A stretch of 64,000 bases of DNA from Patescibacteria group bacterium (GCA_042568575.1 JBHPIO010000001.1:1-64000), one strand, 5' to 3'. Positions 19,894-31,164 are shown, counted from the first letter of the stretch. Program-made: numbers and translations. Notes: generated by a model from the letters alone, not told the origin.

Positions 19894-22359
19894 TTACATA
19901 ATCGCACCAATCCTTCGAAGGATTTCTCTGTCGACGAATGATTTTTCACGTCCGTACGTGAGTCTTGAAAGCTGTTTAATGGCTACGCCAACGTCAGGAT
20001 CGCCTGTCTCTAGGTATGGATTAATTGGAGTTATACTAAAAGGTTTCGATGGTTGTGTATCAATTGATAGTTTTATGACAGCTTTAAACTTATCAAGATT
20101 GATCAAATCCTGATCTGAAAAGACAGGTGCCATTTCCTTTGCCATATACTCAGCATCTTGTGCACCTATTTTGTATGACATCATGGTTCCTACGTTACCA
20201 AACACAGCATCTCTTACTTTTGACTTACCATCATCGCCTTCAAGCTGCTTAATATATTGATGTGCAATAATAAGTCCAAGTCTATATTTTCTTGCTTCCG
20301 AAAGGATACTTTCGATACTTTCCGTAATATAGTTTTGGAATTCATCTATATATAAGAAGAAGTCTTCACGTTTCTCTTTCGCTTGAGATTGCCTTCGCAG
20401 CGCGGCCATCTGGATCTTTTGTACGATAATAAGACCAAGAAGTTTTGAGTTGATATCTCCAGTTGTACCTTTTGAAAGATTCATAAGAAGGATCTTTTTC
20501 TCATTCATTGCTTTTGCAAAATCAAAGCTCGATTTACTTTGCCCGATAATATTTCGCATCATTGTGTTTGTAACAAACTGTCCAAACTTGGAAGCAAAAT
20601 AGGGGATCATCTCCTGTTTTTCTCGCGCTCCTGTTTTAGCCATTTGATGTTCCCAGAACGATTTTACAATAGGATTCTTAACTTTTTCTACTTTAAGCTT
20701 CTGATACGCATCATCAGTGAAAAGACGCACGATGTCGGTTAATGCGCCGCCTTCAGGATCATCCATTAATGTTAAGCAACCATTACGGAAATAGTCCTGG
20801 ATACGAGGTCCAAACACTTCTTCATTAAACAGTTTAATCATGATATTCATAGCATCTAAAGCCACAAGTTCTTTTTCTTCATCAGTTTCAGCTTCGAGCA
20901 GATTAATCCCGATAGGACGCTCAAGATCGGCAGGATTAAAGTAAACAACATCATCTGCGCGTTCACGAGGTATAAAAGGGATAATATCTTCAATAAGTTG
21001 ACCATGAGGATCAACGATACAAAGTCCTTTACCCTCTTTAAGGTCTTGGCGAATCATTACTTGCATGACCGAACTTTTACCAGTACCGGTTTGTCCAATT
21101 ACGTAGAAATGTCTAAATCTATCTTCGTTTTTAAGAAGCACCTCTTTTGATTCTCCACGATAGTAATTATGTCCAATTAGGATGCCTTCGGTAGGAAGAT
21201 TTGCTGGCGGAGGGGCAACTTTAAATCTTTGCCATGCGATATGTGGAGATCTGTTATATTTGATGTTTGGAATGTGGAAAAGGCTAGCCAGTTCCTCACA
21301 GCTCATAATAGATTTTTTTTGTCTGATCCAGCATGTTAGTGATCTTCTAAAACTTCTGAAAATAAAATCTTTAATAAGTCTTCGTTCCGAATGCCATTTT
21401 GTATAAGTAAAACTATTGCCGTTTGTACTTGTATATTGCGAGAATCCGCTACGCATATTAGTTAGATGCGTTTTAACTTCACGCATTGTTTCTGATGAAG
21501 CAATGACTCTTACAATTGCTTCGTATCCTGGTTGAGAATTCTTTTCTTCAATAGCTTTAACTTCTTCCTCAGTTGCCGGCGTGGTTCTGCTCGAATCCTG
21601 CATTTTATCTTCCGTCATTTTGTCTCCGCGTACAAGCAATTCAAAAAGAGCGCTAAACCATGAAATAGGATTGAGTGGTGAGCGTCCTGATTTATTCTTT
21701 TTATTAAATGTTTCTTCTGCCATTTGTCGTCCTTTCTTTTGCCATCCATCTTTTTTAGGCCTGATCATTATTTGGATTGCAGCTCCTTCATCAGGTTGGA
21801 ATTTAGATAGAACGTTAACCATAGCGTTTAAAGGATCCGAATTAAGTCTTTGGTGAGTCTTAAAGGGGATCATCGAATTTTTTGTAAGACGCATGTAATG
21901 TCCTGCTGCTTTGTAACTGGGCCGGAAAATATTATAATCTTCAATTTTTTCAATAAAACAATCTGGGTAAAAACTCGTAAGCTGTTTTTCTACAAGACTC
22001 TCAAGAGCTCTTGGACAAACAATGAAAAAGTTAATTTCGCTGCCCAGAACAACATATTCTAAAGAAAGGAAATCCTGCCCTTTAAACTTATCTTTCATGC
22101 GACTTCCATAAATACTATGAAGCGACTGAAAGAAATGCGTCATAACCCCGGTGATTTCTTTAAAATCCTTTCCTGTAGAGAATGCTTCGCTTTCTCGTTC
22201 TCGATCTTCTTTAGATTCTTTTTGCGGAACTAAAACCTTCAAAAAAACCATATCAAGAGACCGCTGAAAGTTCCTGTAATAGCGGTACGACACGAATATT
22301 GCAATCGAAATTGCTATAATCGCAAGCACGCCCAATATTATTATCCAAAAAGCATCCAT
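19894..22359 (-). CDS. CPR-type VirB4/VirD4(TraG/TraD)-like ATPase, paralog 1
   Basis: N-terminal TM helix; DRFRHFYVIGQTGTGKS Walker A; VDPHG; LYIDEFQN Walker B; LSEARKYRL..AHQY. Confidence 0.9.
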   Translation of the reverse strand: MDAFWIIILGVLAIIAISIAIFVSYRYYRNFQRSLDMVFLKVLVPQKESKEDRERESEAFSTGKDFKEITGVMTHFFQSLHSIYGSRMKDKFKGQDFLSLEYVVLGSEINFFIVCPRALESLVEKQLTSFYPDCFIEKIEDYNIFRPSYKAAGHYMRLTKNSMIPFKTHQRLNSDPLNAMVNVLSKFQPDEGAAIQIMIRPKKDGWQKKGRQMAEETFNKKNKSGRSPLNPISWFSALFELLVRGDKMTEDKMQDSSRTTPATEEEVKAIEEKNSQPGYEAIVRVIASSETMREVKTHLTNMRSGFSQYTSTNGNSFTYTKWHSERRLIKDFIFRSFRRSLTCWIRQKKSIMSCEELASLFHIPNIKYNRSPHIAWQRFKVAPPPANLPTEGILIGHNYYRGESKEVLLKNEDRFRHFYVIGQTGTGKSSVMQVMIRQDLKEGKGLCIVDPHGQLIEDIIPFIPRERADDVVYFNPADLERPIGINLLEAETDEEKELVALDAMNIMIKLFNEEVFGPRIQDYFRNGCLTLMDDPEGGALTDIVRLFTDDAYQKLKVEKVKNPIVKSFWEHQMAKTGAREKQEMIPYFASKFGQFVTNTMMRNIIGQSKSSFDFAKAMNEKKILLMNLSKGTTGDINSKLLGLIIVQKIQMAALRRQSQAKEKREDFFLYIDEFQNYITESIESILSEARKYRLGLIIAHQYIKQLEGDDGKSKVRDAVFGNVGTMMSYKIGAQDAEYMAKEMAPVFSDQDLINLDKFKAVIKLSIDTQPSKPFSITPINPYLETGDPDVGVAIKQLSRLTYGREKSFVDREILRRIGAIM

Positions 22360-22422
22360 ATAAATATTTGTTTCTTTATATATTATAAAGGAAAATTGGA
22401 GTTTTTGGAAGTGAGTGTGCGG

Positions 22423-24795
22423 TTATCTTTTATTTCGTAGCCCTTTGACTCTTTTTTTGATTTTGTCTTTAATTCCGTCATCAAATCTTAAATCTGTTGG
22501 TAATTTCCCTTCTTCTGAAAATGCTTTATGTGTTGGTGTGTAAATTATTTTACCACTTTTTTGATCTACCCATTTGATAAATAATTTGTCCGAAGATGCT
22601 TTCTCTTGTGTATCTGGTCTTCCTTTTCTCCATGCTTCTTCATCTGAGCAAGATGGGTCTATATCTGATAACGAATCCAATTCTTCTTCGATAGTTTCTA
22701 GAGTTGTAGAATCTCCATCGATTAGTTCTATAAGTACATCTGGTTCTAGTCCATATACGCGATTTGGCTGTCCCATTGCTGTTGTGAACAAAAGTGCATG
22801 TATTTGAGTACTATTTAATTCTAAGTCGCTGACTGTTTCCAAGTCATCATCACTTTCTACATACGCCTCTTGTAGGCTTACAGGTTCCGCCTTAAGTGCC
22901 GTAAGTTTAGGTACTTTTATCAATTCCTCTGAAGCTTCCTCACCAAGTTGTCCTTTAACAATTGCAAATGCAGTTGCTACTTGTTCTGCCAGTTCAAAAA
23001 TTTGTCCTACCCCAATTTTCTTTAGTTCTGCTAGTTTTGTATTACATTGATCAGAAGCTGTCTCTATTGATCCGAGTTTCAAGTCTAAGTCTGTGTCTGG
23101 TGTGTAATCAAAGATATAGCTATATTCATCTCCCAAGATAGCCCTTGGATCAGCTCCGAATGTTTCAGTTTTCATTGTTGACCGAATGTATACATCTCCT
23201 TTATCAATATTATCATTTATTTCTTGAAGGGAAGATTGAATTTGATCTATTGCTTCTTTTAATTTCTGAATTTTTTCAAGTTCTTCATGCAGACTTTTTA
23301 TAGTTTGAAGGTATTGTTCAAACTGCTCAGCTTGATTTCTGAGTTGATCTTCAGGGGCACTTTTTTCTGCTTGTGCTCTTAATATTGCTAATTCTGAAAT
23401 CATATCAATTTGTTCATATTGAGTGGTCAGTTGCTCGATTGATTGTGTTATCCTATCGTTCATTTCGTCAATTTCGGCTCTAATGCCCGCTATTTCTTGA
23501 TTAAGTCTGTTAACTTCAATGGCTGTGGGAACTCGCAATTGATGAGATTTCTCTGCTTCACTTGCGAGACCTTCTCTAAGTCTTACGAGTGCTTGTCCTA
23601 TTATTCTAGGAGCTAAAGCAGCACCGTCGACTCTTCTCATTAACTCATTTATAGGTGAAGGTTTAGTATCTTCTGCAACTTCTAATCCATGACGTGGAAT
23701 ATCTTCTAATAACTCCTCAACATCTTCAGCTGTTCTTATATTAAGACCTCCATGATTCTGAGCGTTTGATTGGGTCGCAATAGCCTCTATTCTTTCTTGG
23801 TGAGTTTGAGCCTCAAAGCCTTTGTCCATGCTAATATAGAGGCGTAGGATAAAGTTCTCTTCTCCAGCCGATAACGGATATGGTTCTTTTTCTTCATCTT
23901 CATTTTGAGCGTGAGCAAGTTTTTTTGGAGATAACTTCCCTTGAATTTCTTCACAGCTAATTGTTTCTTCACGTGAATCATTTGTTAGTCCCCACAAATC
24001 CTGAATAGAATGCGCAGCTCCAATATACTGTCTCAAATCTCTTATTATTACTGCTTCAAATATTTCAACAACATCTCTTGTGAGTTCTTGAGGCTTAAAG
24101 TTGAATTGTCCCAATGTCTCTAAAATATGCTTCTTCAAAACTTCAAAGCTAAATTGAGGATTCTTCTGTATATGCCCAGAAATACTTGCTCGAATCTCAC
24201 CTGATACAGTGTTGAATAATTGCTTGAATTCTCTTATTTGATCTGCGGATAATTGCTCATCGAATCCAAATTTATTTAGTCCTTCAAAAAATTCTGGTGT
24301 AATACCTAATGATATCGAATTTAATTTCTCCATAATTCCCTCTACAGCGTTTTCTTCTTCAACACCACAGGCTGCTAGTTCTTCAAAAAATGCTTCTCTT
24401 TGATCTGCGGGTTCTCCTTCGGGGAGTTGAGCAAGTATTGCTGCAAATCTTTCATTTAATTCTTTTACAGCATTTTCTAGGCCTTCATCGATTAAAGTCT
24501 TTATGTCGTGACCATCTAACTGCCGCAAACTAGTATCTCGTGTTAATTCGGCTCTTATACTTTTACATAATCTAGCATGCTGAGCTTTGTCTGTTACCCC
24601 TTCAGCTTTTAAGATTCTTCGTAAAATCTTGTTGATTTTGTCAGTAAGAACATCTATTGCCTTTTTTAAAGCCCTTTCAGTACTTGAATTACTTCTTGTT
24701 TCAGCAACAGTCTCTTTTGCGGAATTGGAGATTCCTTTAACTTGTTCTTCAAAGAATTCTCTAGGAATTGTTAATTTCTCATCATTACCAGTCAT
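22423..24795 (-). CDS. Hypothetical coiled-coil-rich protein
   Basis: 790-aa ORF with E/Q/L-rich heptads; no recognised catalytic motif. Confidence 0.7.
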   Translation of the reverse strand: MTGNDEKLTIPREFFEEQVKGISNSAKETVAETRSNSSTERALKKAIDVLTDKINKILRRILKAEGVTDKAQHARLCKSIRAELTRDTSLRQLDGHDIKTLIDEGLENAVKELNERFAAILAQLPEGEPADQREAFFEELAACGVEEENAVEGIMEKLNSISLGITPEFFEGLNKFGFDEQLSADQIREFKQLFNTVSGEIRASISGHIQKNPQFSFEVLKKHILETLGQFNFKPQELTRDVVEIFEAVIIRDLRQYIGAAHSIQDLWGLTNDSREETISCEEIQGKLSPKKLAHAQNEDEEKEPYPLSAGEENFILRLYISMDKGFEAQTHQERIEAIATQSNAQNHGGLNIRTAEDVEELLEDIPRHGLEVAEDTKPSPINELMRRVDGAALAPRIIGQALVRLREGLASEAEKSHQLRVPTAIEVNRLNQEIAGIRAEIDEMNDRITQSIEQLTTQYEQIDMISELAILRAQAEKSAPEDQLRNQAEQFEQYLQTIKSLHEELEKIQKLKEAIDQIQSSLQEINDNIDKGDVYIRSTMKTETFGADPRAILGDEYSYIFDYTPDTDLDLKLGSIETASDQCNTKLAELKKIGVGQIFELAEQVATAFAIVKGQLGEEASEELIKVPKLTALKAEPVSLQEAYVESDDDLETVSDLELNSTQIHALLFTTAMGQPNRVYGLEPDVLIELIDGDSTTLETIEEELDSLSDIDPSCSDEEAWRKGRPDTQEKASSDKLFIKWVDQKSGKIIYTPTHKAFSEEGKLPTDLRFDDGIKDKIKKRVKGLRNKR

Positions 24796-24877
24796 TTGTA
24801 TTAATTAAAAATAAGATGACACTATCAAGGATAACCCCTGTTTTGTCAAGAGGGATTAGAAATTTGAACGAAATCTT

Positions 24878-26683
24878 CTAAGTCTTCTTAGGTTTCCTTA
24901 CTTCCACGTGCATTTCCGCAACTTGATCAGCCGGCATTTCAGAAGGAGCGTTTAGCATTAAGTCACGAGCTCTCTGATCTTTAGGAAATGCTATTACCTC
25001 TCTAATGTTAGGTTCTTTTTCAAATAGCATCACTATTCTATCCATTCCAAGCGCGATTCCGCCATGCGGTGGAGCACCATATTCGAAAGCTCTAAGTAGA
25101 TGTCCAAAACGTTTATCGGCATCTTCAGGAGAGATTTTTAAGATATCAAAAATCTTTGATTGGAGCTGTGGTTCATGAATTCTAATACTTCCACCTCCAA
25201 GCTCAACTCCGTTTAACACTAAATCATACGCATAAGCTCGAACTTCTTCTGGATTCTTATCCAATAACTCGAGGTCTTCTTCGAGTGGATGTGTGAATGG
25301 ATGATGTTCAGCCGAAATTTGCTGTTCCTCCGCGTTCCAGTGGAACATAGGGAAGTTAGTCACCCACAAGTAACAAAGTGCATCTTCATCGATAAGGTTT
25401 AGTTTTTGCCCGCAAGCAAGTCTAACTTGCCCTAACGATTCACATGCAACTTGGAATTGATCGGCTGCAAAAAATACGATATCTCCTTCTTTAGCGCCTG
25501 TATGTTCGGCAATTTTACTAAGTTCATCTTCTTTAATAAACTTGGTTATGCCGCCATCAGGCCCGTCTTTAGTGAATTTAATGTAGGCTAGACCTTTTGC
25601 CCTATAAGTTTTCGCGATTTCTTCAAGTTCATCGATTTCTTTGCGAGTAAATTCCGCACCACCTTCAACTTTCAAAGCTTTTACTTTTCCACCATTTTGA
25701 ATTGTGCCACTGAAAACTTTGAATTCACAATTAGCAACAACGGAGCTTACATCAACAATTTGCATTTCAAAGCGCAAATCTGGCTTGTCGCTACCGTAAT
25801 TATTCATGGCATCATGCCAGGAAATCTTTTTGAACGGCTCAAATTGGATTTTTCTGTCAGGATAAAGCTCTTTTGAAAGTGCGATCATTAAATCTGCAGT
25901 TACTTGCATTACGTCATCTTCATGTACAAAAGACATTTCGATATCAAGTTGAGTAAATTCTGGTTGTCTGTCTCCGCGTAGATCCTCATCTCTAAAACAT
26001 CGAGCCATTTGATAGTATTTATCAAAAGACGAAATCATTAGTAGTTGCTTAAGCTGTTGAGGCGATTGTGGGAGTACATAAAAATGCCCAGGAAACAATC
26101 GAGATGGAACCAAGTATTCCCGGCTTCCTTCAGGTGTTCCTTTTATCATCATTGGTGTTTCAACATCCAAAAATTCTGCTTTGTTCAAATATTCACGAAT
26201 AAAATTGAATATCTTATGACGATTAACGATGTTTTTATGTAAACGTTCGCGTCTTAGGTCGATATAGCGGTATTTTAAGCGAAGATCTTCGCCAACTTCT
26301 TTATCTTGATCAACCTCGAATGGGGGAGTCTTAGCTGTATTTAGGACTATGGCTTTAGTAACCAAAACTTCAATTGCTCCTGTATCTAAATTCTCATTCG
26401 TTTGCCCTTCCGGTCTTTTACGAACAGTTCCCTCTATCTCTATTACATATTCGGATCGACAATCATCTCCAATCTGAAAAGTATCCTTGTATTCAGGATC
26501 AAAGACAATTTGTGTAAGACCGTATCCATCTCGAAGATCAATAAAGATAAGCCCTCCGTGGTCGCGTCTGCGGTGCACCCATCCGGATAATTTTACTTCT
26601 GTCCCTTCATCGGAAGCTCTTAGTTCATTACACGTATGTGTTCTATACATATTATTAATATTAATTAAATCGTTGTAACACAT
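24878..26683 (-). CDS. aspS: Aspartate--tRNA ligase (likely non-discriminating); start probably the MYRTH Met
   Basis: RTHTC, GWVHRRRDHGG, LPQSPQ, RCFRDEDLRGDRQPEFTQLD, GAPPHGG. Confidence 0.98.
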   Translation of the reverse strand: MCYNDLININNMYRTHTCNELRASDEGTEVKLSGWVHRRRDHGGLIFIDLRDGYGLTQIVFDPEYKDTFQIGDDCRSEYVIEIEGTVRKRPEGQTNENLDTGAIEVLVTKAIVLNTAKTPPFEVDQDKEVGEDLRLKYRYIDLRRERLHKNIVNRHKIFNFIREYLNKAEFLDVETPMMIKGTPEGSREYLVPSRLFPGHFYVLPQSPQQLKQLLMISSFDKYYQMARCFRDEDLRGDRQPEFTQLDIEMSFVHEDDVMQVTADLMIALSKELYPDRKIQFEPFKKISWHDAMNNYGSDKPDLRFEMQIVDVSSVVANCEFKVFSGTIQNGGKVKALKVEGGAEFTRKEIDELEEIAKTYRAKGLAYIKFTKDGPDGGITKFIKEDELSKIAEHTGAKEGDIVFFAADQFQVACESLGQVRLACGQKLNLIDEDALCYLWVTNFPMFHWNAEEQQISAEHHPFTHPLEEDLELLDKNPEEVRAYAYDLVLNGVELGGGSIRIHEPQLQSKIFDILKISPEDADKRFGHLLRAFEYGAPPHGGIALGMDRIVMLFEKEPNIREVIAFPKDQRARDLMLNAPSEMPADQVAEMHVEVRKPKKT

Positions 26684-26792
26684 TCTACTGACAGTCGTTT
26701 ATCTACGCAACAAAACACCCAATGATTAGCACTTGACAAATGCTTCGAAATGGCCAATAATAAACTCTTACTTTAAGATTTAACACACAGAT

Positions 26793-26993
26793 ATGCATAG
26801 AATGGAAGGAAATGATGGTGGAGATTCAGGGGAAAGGCCCACAGATTATCCTGAACTTGAGTATCATACTCCTACACAAGAGCAGCCAGGGGAACCTGAA
26901 CAACCACCAGTAGGTCTCCCAGATGCAAAAGAAGATCCACGAAAAGAAGTAGAGAGATGGTTGGAAATATTTAGACATGGTTCTAACAACTAA
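26793..26993 (+). CDS. Small hypothetical acidic/Pro-rich protein
   Basis: 66-aa ORF with an upstream TTGACA; protein-like composition; 3' end overlaps the dnaE stop. Confidence 0.45.
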   Translation: MHRMEGNDGGDSGERPTDYPELEYHTPTQEQPGEPEQPPVGLPDAKEDPRKEVERWLEIFRHGSNN

Positions 26994-29900
26994 TCATATT
27001 CTGAATCTCTGATTTCAGATTTTCATCAACATTAATACCAAACGGCACTTTAATTCGCTTTAAGGAGCCGTTTGTTCGTATATGAATCTCGCATGGAGTT
27101 TCACCTTTGTTCTCTAAAAGGAGATGTTTAATTTTTTCCAGAATAGATTGGCCGCAACTAGAAGGGAGATTGATAATGAATGGATCATCATTTGGCGAAG
27201 TATCTGCCGGTTCAGTGTCTACCTTTTCAGCAACTTCCTCAATCTCTTCAGACTTTGGCTCAGAGAAATCAGGAGTAACATGCGCAATTATTTCATCTGG
27301 ATCAAATACACCATTTTTCTTTGCGTTCTCGATCATTGTTTCCAAAGAAATCGCTTTCGCTTCTTCACAAACAAGTTGAACTTGCCCGCGTTTATCATCT
27401 AGCCTTCCAGTCATAATAACAGTTTCATCCTCATCAAATAGATGCCCAAATTGTTGGTAACTTTTAGGGAAGACGATGACATTTAATTTTCCAGTGGGGT
27501 CTTCAATAACAAAAGATGCCATATATGCACCACTTTTAGTGAAAATCTTTCTGTATTGAGTTATAAGTCCACCGATTGTAATCTTCTTTCCAAGATTCTT
27601 GTGCGTCAAATTTTTAATTAAATGTGCCTTTTTAGCCATGTGCCTAGTTAATCCTTGCAGTGGATGACTCGACACATATAGTCCTAAATATTCTTTCTCC
27701 CACTTTAGCTTCTCCATATTTGTGGCAGGAGTAACGTCTTTTAACTGAAAAGATGCAACTGATTTTTCTTCACTACCCTCATCAAGCATTCCGAAGATAT
27801 CAGTTTGCCCTTCTGCTTTTGTTTTATGATGATATTTCGCATACATAGAAATCTCTTCTGTACTGTCTGCAATTTGCTTCCGCTCACCAAATTCATCTAA
27901 AGCTCCACTGTAAGCCAAAGCTTCAATAGTTTTTTTATTAACTACTTTTTGAGGAACACGATCTATGAAATCTTCAAGATTTTTAAAAGGAGTCTCTTGT
28001 CTAGCATCGATTATCTCCTGAGAAGGAGCATCGCCTATACCTTTAATTGCAGCCAAACCAAAACGGATTTTATTATCATCAACATATGTGAAATTCCTGA
28101 ATGATTCATTTAATGATGGAGGAAGTACTTTTATACCCATGTGCTCACATTCAATTATCTCAAGGACGATTTTTTCTGTATTGCCATAATCACAGCTCAT
28201 TAATGCTGCCATAAATTCAGTAGGATAATTCGCTTTTAGATATGCAGTCTTATAAGAAATCATCGCGTATGAAGTTGCGTGTGCTTTATTAAATCCATAA
28301 CCAGCAAACGGTTCGATAACTTTTTCAAAAACCTCGTTTGCAAATTTTTCTTTATGACCTTGCTCAATAGCACCTGCTGTAAACTTTTTCTGTTGTTCTT
28401 GCAAAAGTTTTGGAATCTTTTTACCTACAGCCTTCCTTAAGATATCGGCTTCTCCAAGGGAGAATCCGGCGAAATCCCTGGCTATTTGAAGGATTTGCTC
28501 TTGGTAAATAGCAACCCCACTAGTTTCTTTTAGAATTTTTTCGAATGAAGGGTGAAGATATTTAACCTTCTTAGGATTATGAGAACCCTTAATGTAACTA
28601 GGGATCCATTCCATCGGTCCAGGTCTGTACAACGAGATCATCGCAATAATATCTTCAAACTTAGTTGGCTTTAATTGTTTTAGGTATCGTTTCATGCCGG
28701 CAGATTCCAGCTGGAATACTCCAGAAGTATCGCCCGACCTAAATAGGTCATACGCTTTTTTGTCATCTAAAGGAATTTTTGCAAGGTCGATATCAACATC
28801 TTTAGTTCGCTTAATTATTTTAATAGCTGTTTCAAGAAGGGTAAGGTTCTTAAGACCAAGGAAATCCATTTTAAGAAGACCAATATCTTCAATCGGCTTC
28901 ATAGAATACTGAGTGATAACCGCATCGTTGTCAGCAGGGGAGCGTTGAAGTGGAGTGTTTTCTATTAAAGGTTTTTCTGCAATCACTACTGCACATGCAT
29001 GAGTTCCCGCATGGCGAACTGTTCCATCCAGTTTTGCCGCAGTATCAAGCAGCTTTTTTGCCTCGTGATCGCTCTCATAAACACCATTCAAGTCCGGATC
29101 ATTCTTGATGGAATCTTTAAGTAGAGCATGTTTTCCTAGAACAGTAGGAGGTATGAGTTTTGCAATTCTATCAACTTCTGCGTATGGAAATCCCATTCCA
29201 CGACCAGTATCACGTACAACCGCCTTTGCGGTCATTGTTCCAAAAGTAATAATTTGAGCTACATTTTCACGGCCATATTTTTCTACAACGTAATCAAGCA
29301 CTTCATCTCGGCGGCTGTCAGCGAAATCAATATCGATATCAGGCATTGAAACACGTGCCGGATTTAAAAATCTTTCGAAAAGTAGTCCATATTTAAGTGG
29401 ATCAATTTCTGTTATATCTAAACTATAAGCGATAATAGCTCCAGCTGCAGATCCACGTCCTGGTCCCACTAAAATTCCATTATCCTTAGCATATTTAACA
29501 AAGTCATGAACAATAAGGAAATATGTATTAAATCCCATATCATTTACCATATTAAGCTCATATTCGAGTCTTTCCAGGGCTTTAGGCATTTCTTCCTCAG
29601 AATACTTGTCTTTTAGACCTTCCACACAAAGTTGTCGCAAATATTCTTTCGGGGTTTCATTTTGAGGAGCATTGAAAGACGGAAGCAGGTTTTGCCCAAA
29701 TTTCAATTCCAGATTGCACTGATCGGCAATTTGAAGGGTATTTGTAATCGCTTCAGGTGTATCTTTAAAGACATCTTTCATTTCCTCAGGAGAACGAAGG
29801 CTGAAGTTGCCTTCATATCTCATTCTATCTGTATCTTGAACGGTTTTTCCGGTTTGAATACAAAGAAGTACATCGTGAACTTCTTTATCCTCTATAGAGA

Positions 29901-30528
29901 CGTAATGTGCATCATTTGTAGCAATTAAAGGTGCATTACACGTCTTTGAGAGCTCTTGAAGCGCACGATTTACAATCATTTGATTTTCTATCTCTGGATG
30001 ATCTTGCATTTCAAGATAGAAATTCTCCTGACCAAATATATTTTGATACTCTTTTATAGCTTTAACGGCCTCTTCTTGATTTTGCTGCATTATTAGCCTT
30101 GGTATGTGACCGGCCAAGCATGCTGTATTTGCGATCAAACCTTTATTGTGAGCTTTAAGAAGCCCTATGTCGATTCTTGGTTTATAATAGAACCCTTCTA
30201 AATGACCTTTGCTTACTAATTCAAGCAGGTTTTTATATCCTTCATCGTCTTTCGCCAAAAGGATCATGTGATATGGCTTATTTTCGGGTCCTGGGGTTCT
30301 ATCAAAGCGAGATTCAGGAGCAACATACACTTCACAACCTATAATTGGCTTAATGTCATCACTTTTAGCTGCTTTATAAAATTCTACAGCACCATAAAGT
30401 ACTCCGTGGTCGGTTAAAGCAACCGCAGGAGAGCCCTGCTCTTTAGCTGTTCTTACTATGTCTTTAGGTTTTCCTAGTCCGTCTAGAAGACTGTAATGAC
30501 TATGGACATGCGTATGTACAAATGACAT
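26983..30528 (-). CDS. dnaE: DNA polymerase III subunit alpha
   Basis: PHP motifs HTHVHSHYSLLDG and TDHG; GRGSAAG, PDIDIDF, KMDFLGL, YGFNKAH; no intein seen. Confidence 0.98.
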   Translation of the reverse strand: MSFVHTHVHSHYSLLDGLGKPKDIVRTAKEQGSPAVALTDHGVLYGAVEFYKAAKSDDIKPIIGCEVYVAPESRFDRTPGPENKPYHMILLAKDDEGYKNLLELVSKGHLEGFYYKPRIDIGLLKAHNKGLIANTACLAGHIPRLIMQQNQEEAVKAIKEYQNIFGQENFYLEMQDHPEIENQMIVNRALQELSKTCNAPLIATNDAHYVSIEDKEVHDVLLCIQTGKTVQDTDRMRYEGNFSLRSPEEMKDVFKDTPEAITNTLQIADQCNLELKFGQNLLPSFNAPQNETPKEYLRQLCVEGLKDKYSEEEMPKALERLEYELNMVNDMGFNTYFLIVHDFVKYAKDNGILVGPGRGSAAGAIIAYSLDITEIDPLKYGLLFERFLNPARVSMPDIDIDFADSRRDEVLDYVVEKYGRENVAQIITFGTMTAKAVVRDTGRGMGFPYAEVDRIAKLIPPTVLGKHALLKDSIKNDPDLNGVYESDHEAKKLLDTAAKLDGTVRHAGTHACAVVIAEKPLIENTPLQRSPADNDAVITQYSMKPIEDIGLLKMDFLGLKNLTLLETAIKIIKRTKDVDIDLAKIPLDDKKAYDLFRSGDTSGVFQLESAGMKRYLKQLKPTKFEDIIAMISLYRPGPMEWIPSYIKGSHNPKKVKYLHPSFEKILKETSGVAIYQEQILQIARDFAGFSLGEADILRKAVGKKIPKLLQEQQKKFTAGAIEQGHKEKFANEVFEKVIEPFAGYGFNKAHATSYAMISYKTAYLKANYPTEFMAALMSCDYGNTEKIVLEIIECEHMGIKVLPPSLNESFRNFTYVDDNKIRFGLAAIKGIGDAPSQEIIDARQETPFKNLEDFIDRVPQKVVNKKTIEALAYSGALDEFGERKQIADSTEEISMYAKYHHKTKAEGQTDIFGMLDEGSEEKSVASFQLKDVTPATNMEKLKWEKEYLGLYVSSHPLQGLTRHMAKKAHLIKNLTHKNLGKKITIGGLITQYRKIFTKSGAYMASFVIEDPTGKLNVIVFPKSYQQFGHLFDEDETVIMTGRLDDKRGQVQLVCEEAKAISLETMIENAKKNGVFDPDEIIAHVTPDFSEPKSEEIEEVAEKVDTEPADTSPNDDPFIINLPSSCGQSILEKIKHLLLENKGETPCEIHIRTNGSLKRIKVPFGINVDENLKSEIQNMISC

Positions 30529-30678
30529 TCATCAAAAAAGTTAGGCTTTCAAATTCTGTTGGGCAGATTTGATAATAGCTGCTCCTGTCCTTTTTTACAA
30601 TTTTAAAATTCCTTCCAAAACTGTATTATGACTGTAATTATTCTTAAATAATTAATATGTTTTTAGAATGGACAAAAT

Positions 30679-30924
30679 GCTGAAACTCATTTTTCAACAG
30701 AAGAAAAATACTTTAAAAAGTTTAATTATCCTAAAAAAGATGAACATATAGCTCTACATAGAGAATTTTCGGCTAAGATCAAAGATTTTAAAAATAGATA
30801 TAAAGATGACAAAGTTGCTATTTCCTTTGAACTTATCGATTTCCTTGAAGATTGGCTCGTTGATCATTTGCTAAACGAGGATCAAAAATACACCAGCTTT
30901 TTTAATGAGCATGACTTATATTAA
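30679..30924 (+). pseudogene. 5'-truncated bacteriohemerythrin remnant
   Basis: Manual translation AETHFSTEEKYFKKFNYPKKDEHIALHREF...FLEDWLVDHLLNEDQKY (HF..EE, H...H, WL..H....D); in-frame TAG at 30664-30666 and no start codon. Confidence 0.85.
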
Positions 30925-30959
30925 AAAAAGCGCTTCGCTTATGCTACGCGCTACTATTT

Positions 30960-31044
30960 TGGTGCCGGGAAGAGGACTCGAACCTCCACGGGTTGCCCCA
31001 CTAGTTCCTAAGACTAGCGTGTCTACCAATTCCACCATCCCGGC
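30960..31044 (-). tRNA. tRNA-Leu (TAG)
   Basis: Reverse complement gccgggatggtggaattggtagacacg ctagt ct TAG ga actag ... ggttcgagtcc...cggcacca; long variable arm. Confidence 0.97.
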
Positions 31045-31164
31045 GTGTCAAAGTACATAGAAATTAGCAAAATAGAGGCCCTGAGTCAACATTATCTATA
31101 AATAGCCTTGAAAGGCTTATTAGTAGCAAAAAACCCTAGCATTACAATTATAATAAAAAAACAT

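Noticed and set aside
19894-22359. Conjugative element (ICE) around the T4SS-like ATPases
   Set aside because: Flanked by housekeeping and envelope genes; no relaxase, integrase or mating-pair genes; composition matches the host
26983-30528. Intein or intron in dnaE (or in the ATPases and synthetases)
   Set aside because: Lengths are normal, motifs are contiguous, and no C...HN splice motifs or LAGLIDADG were seen
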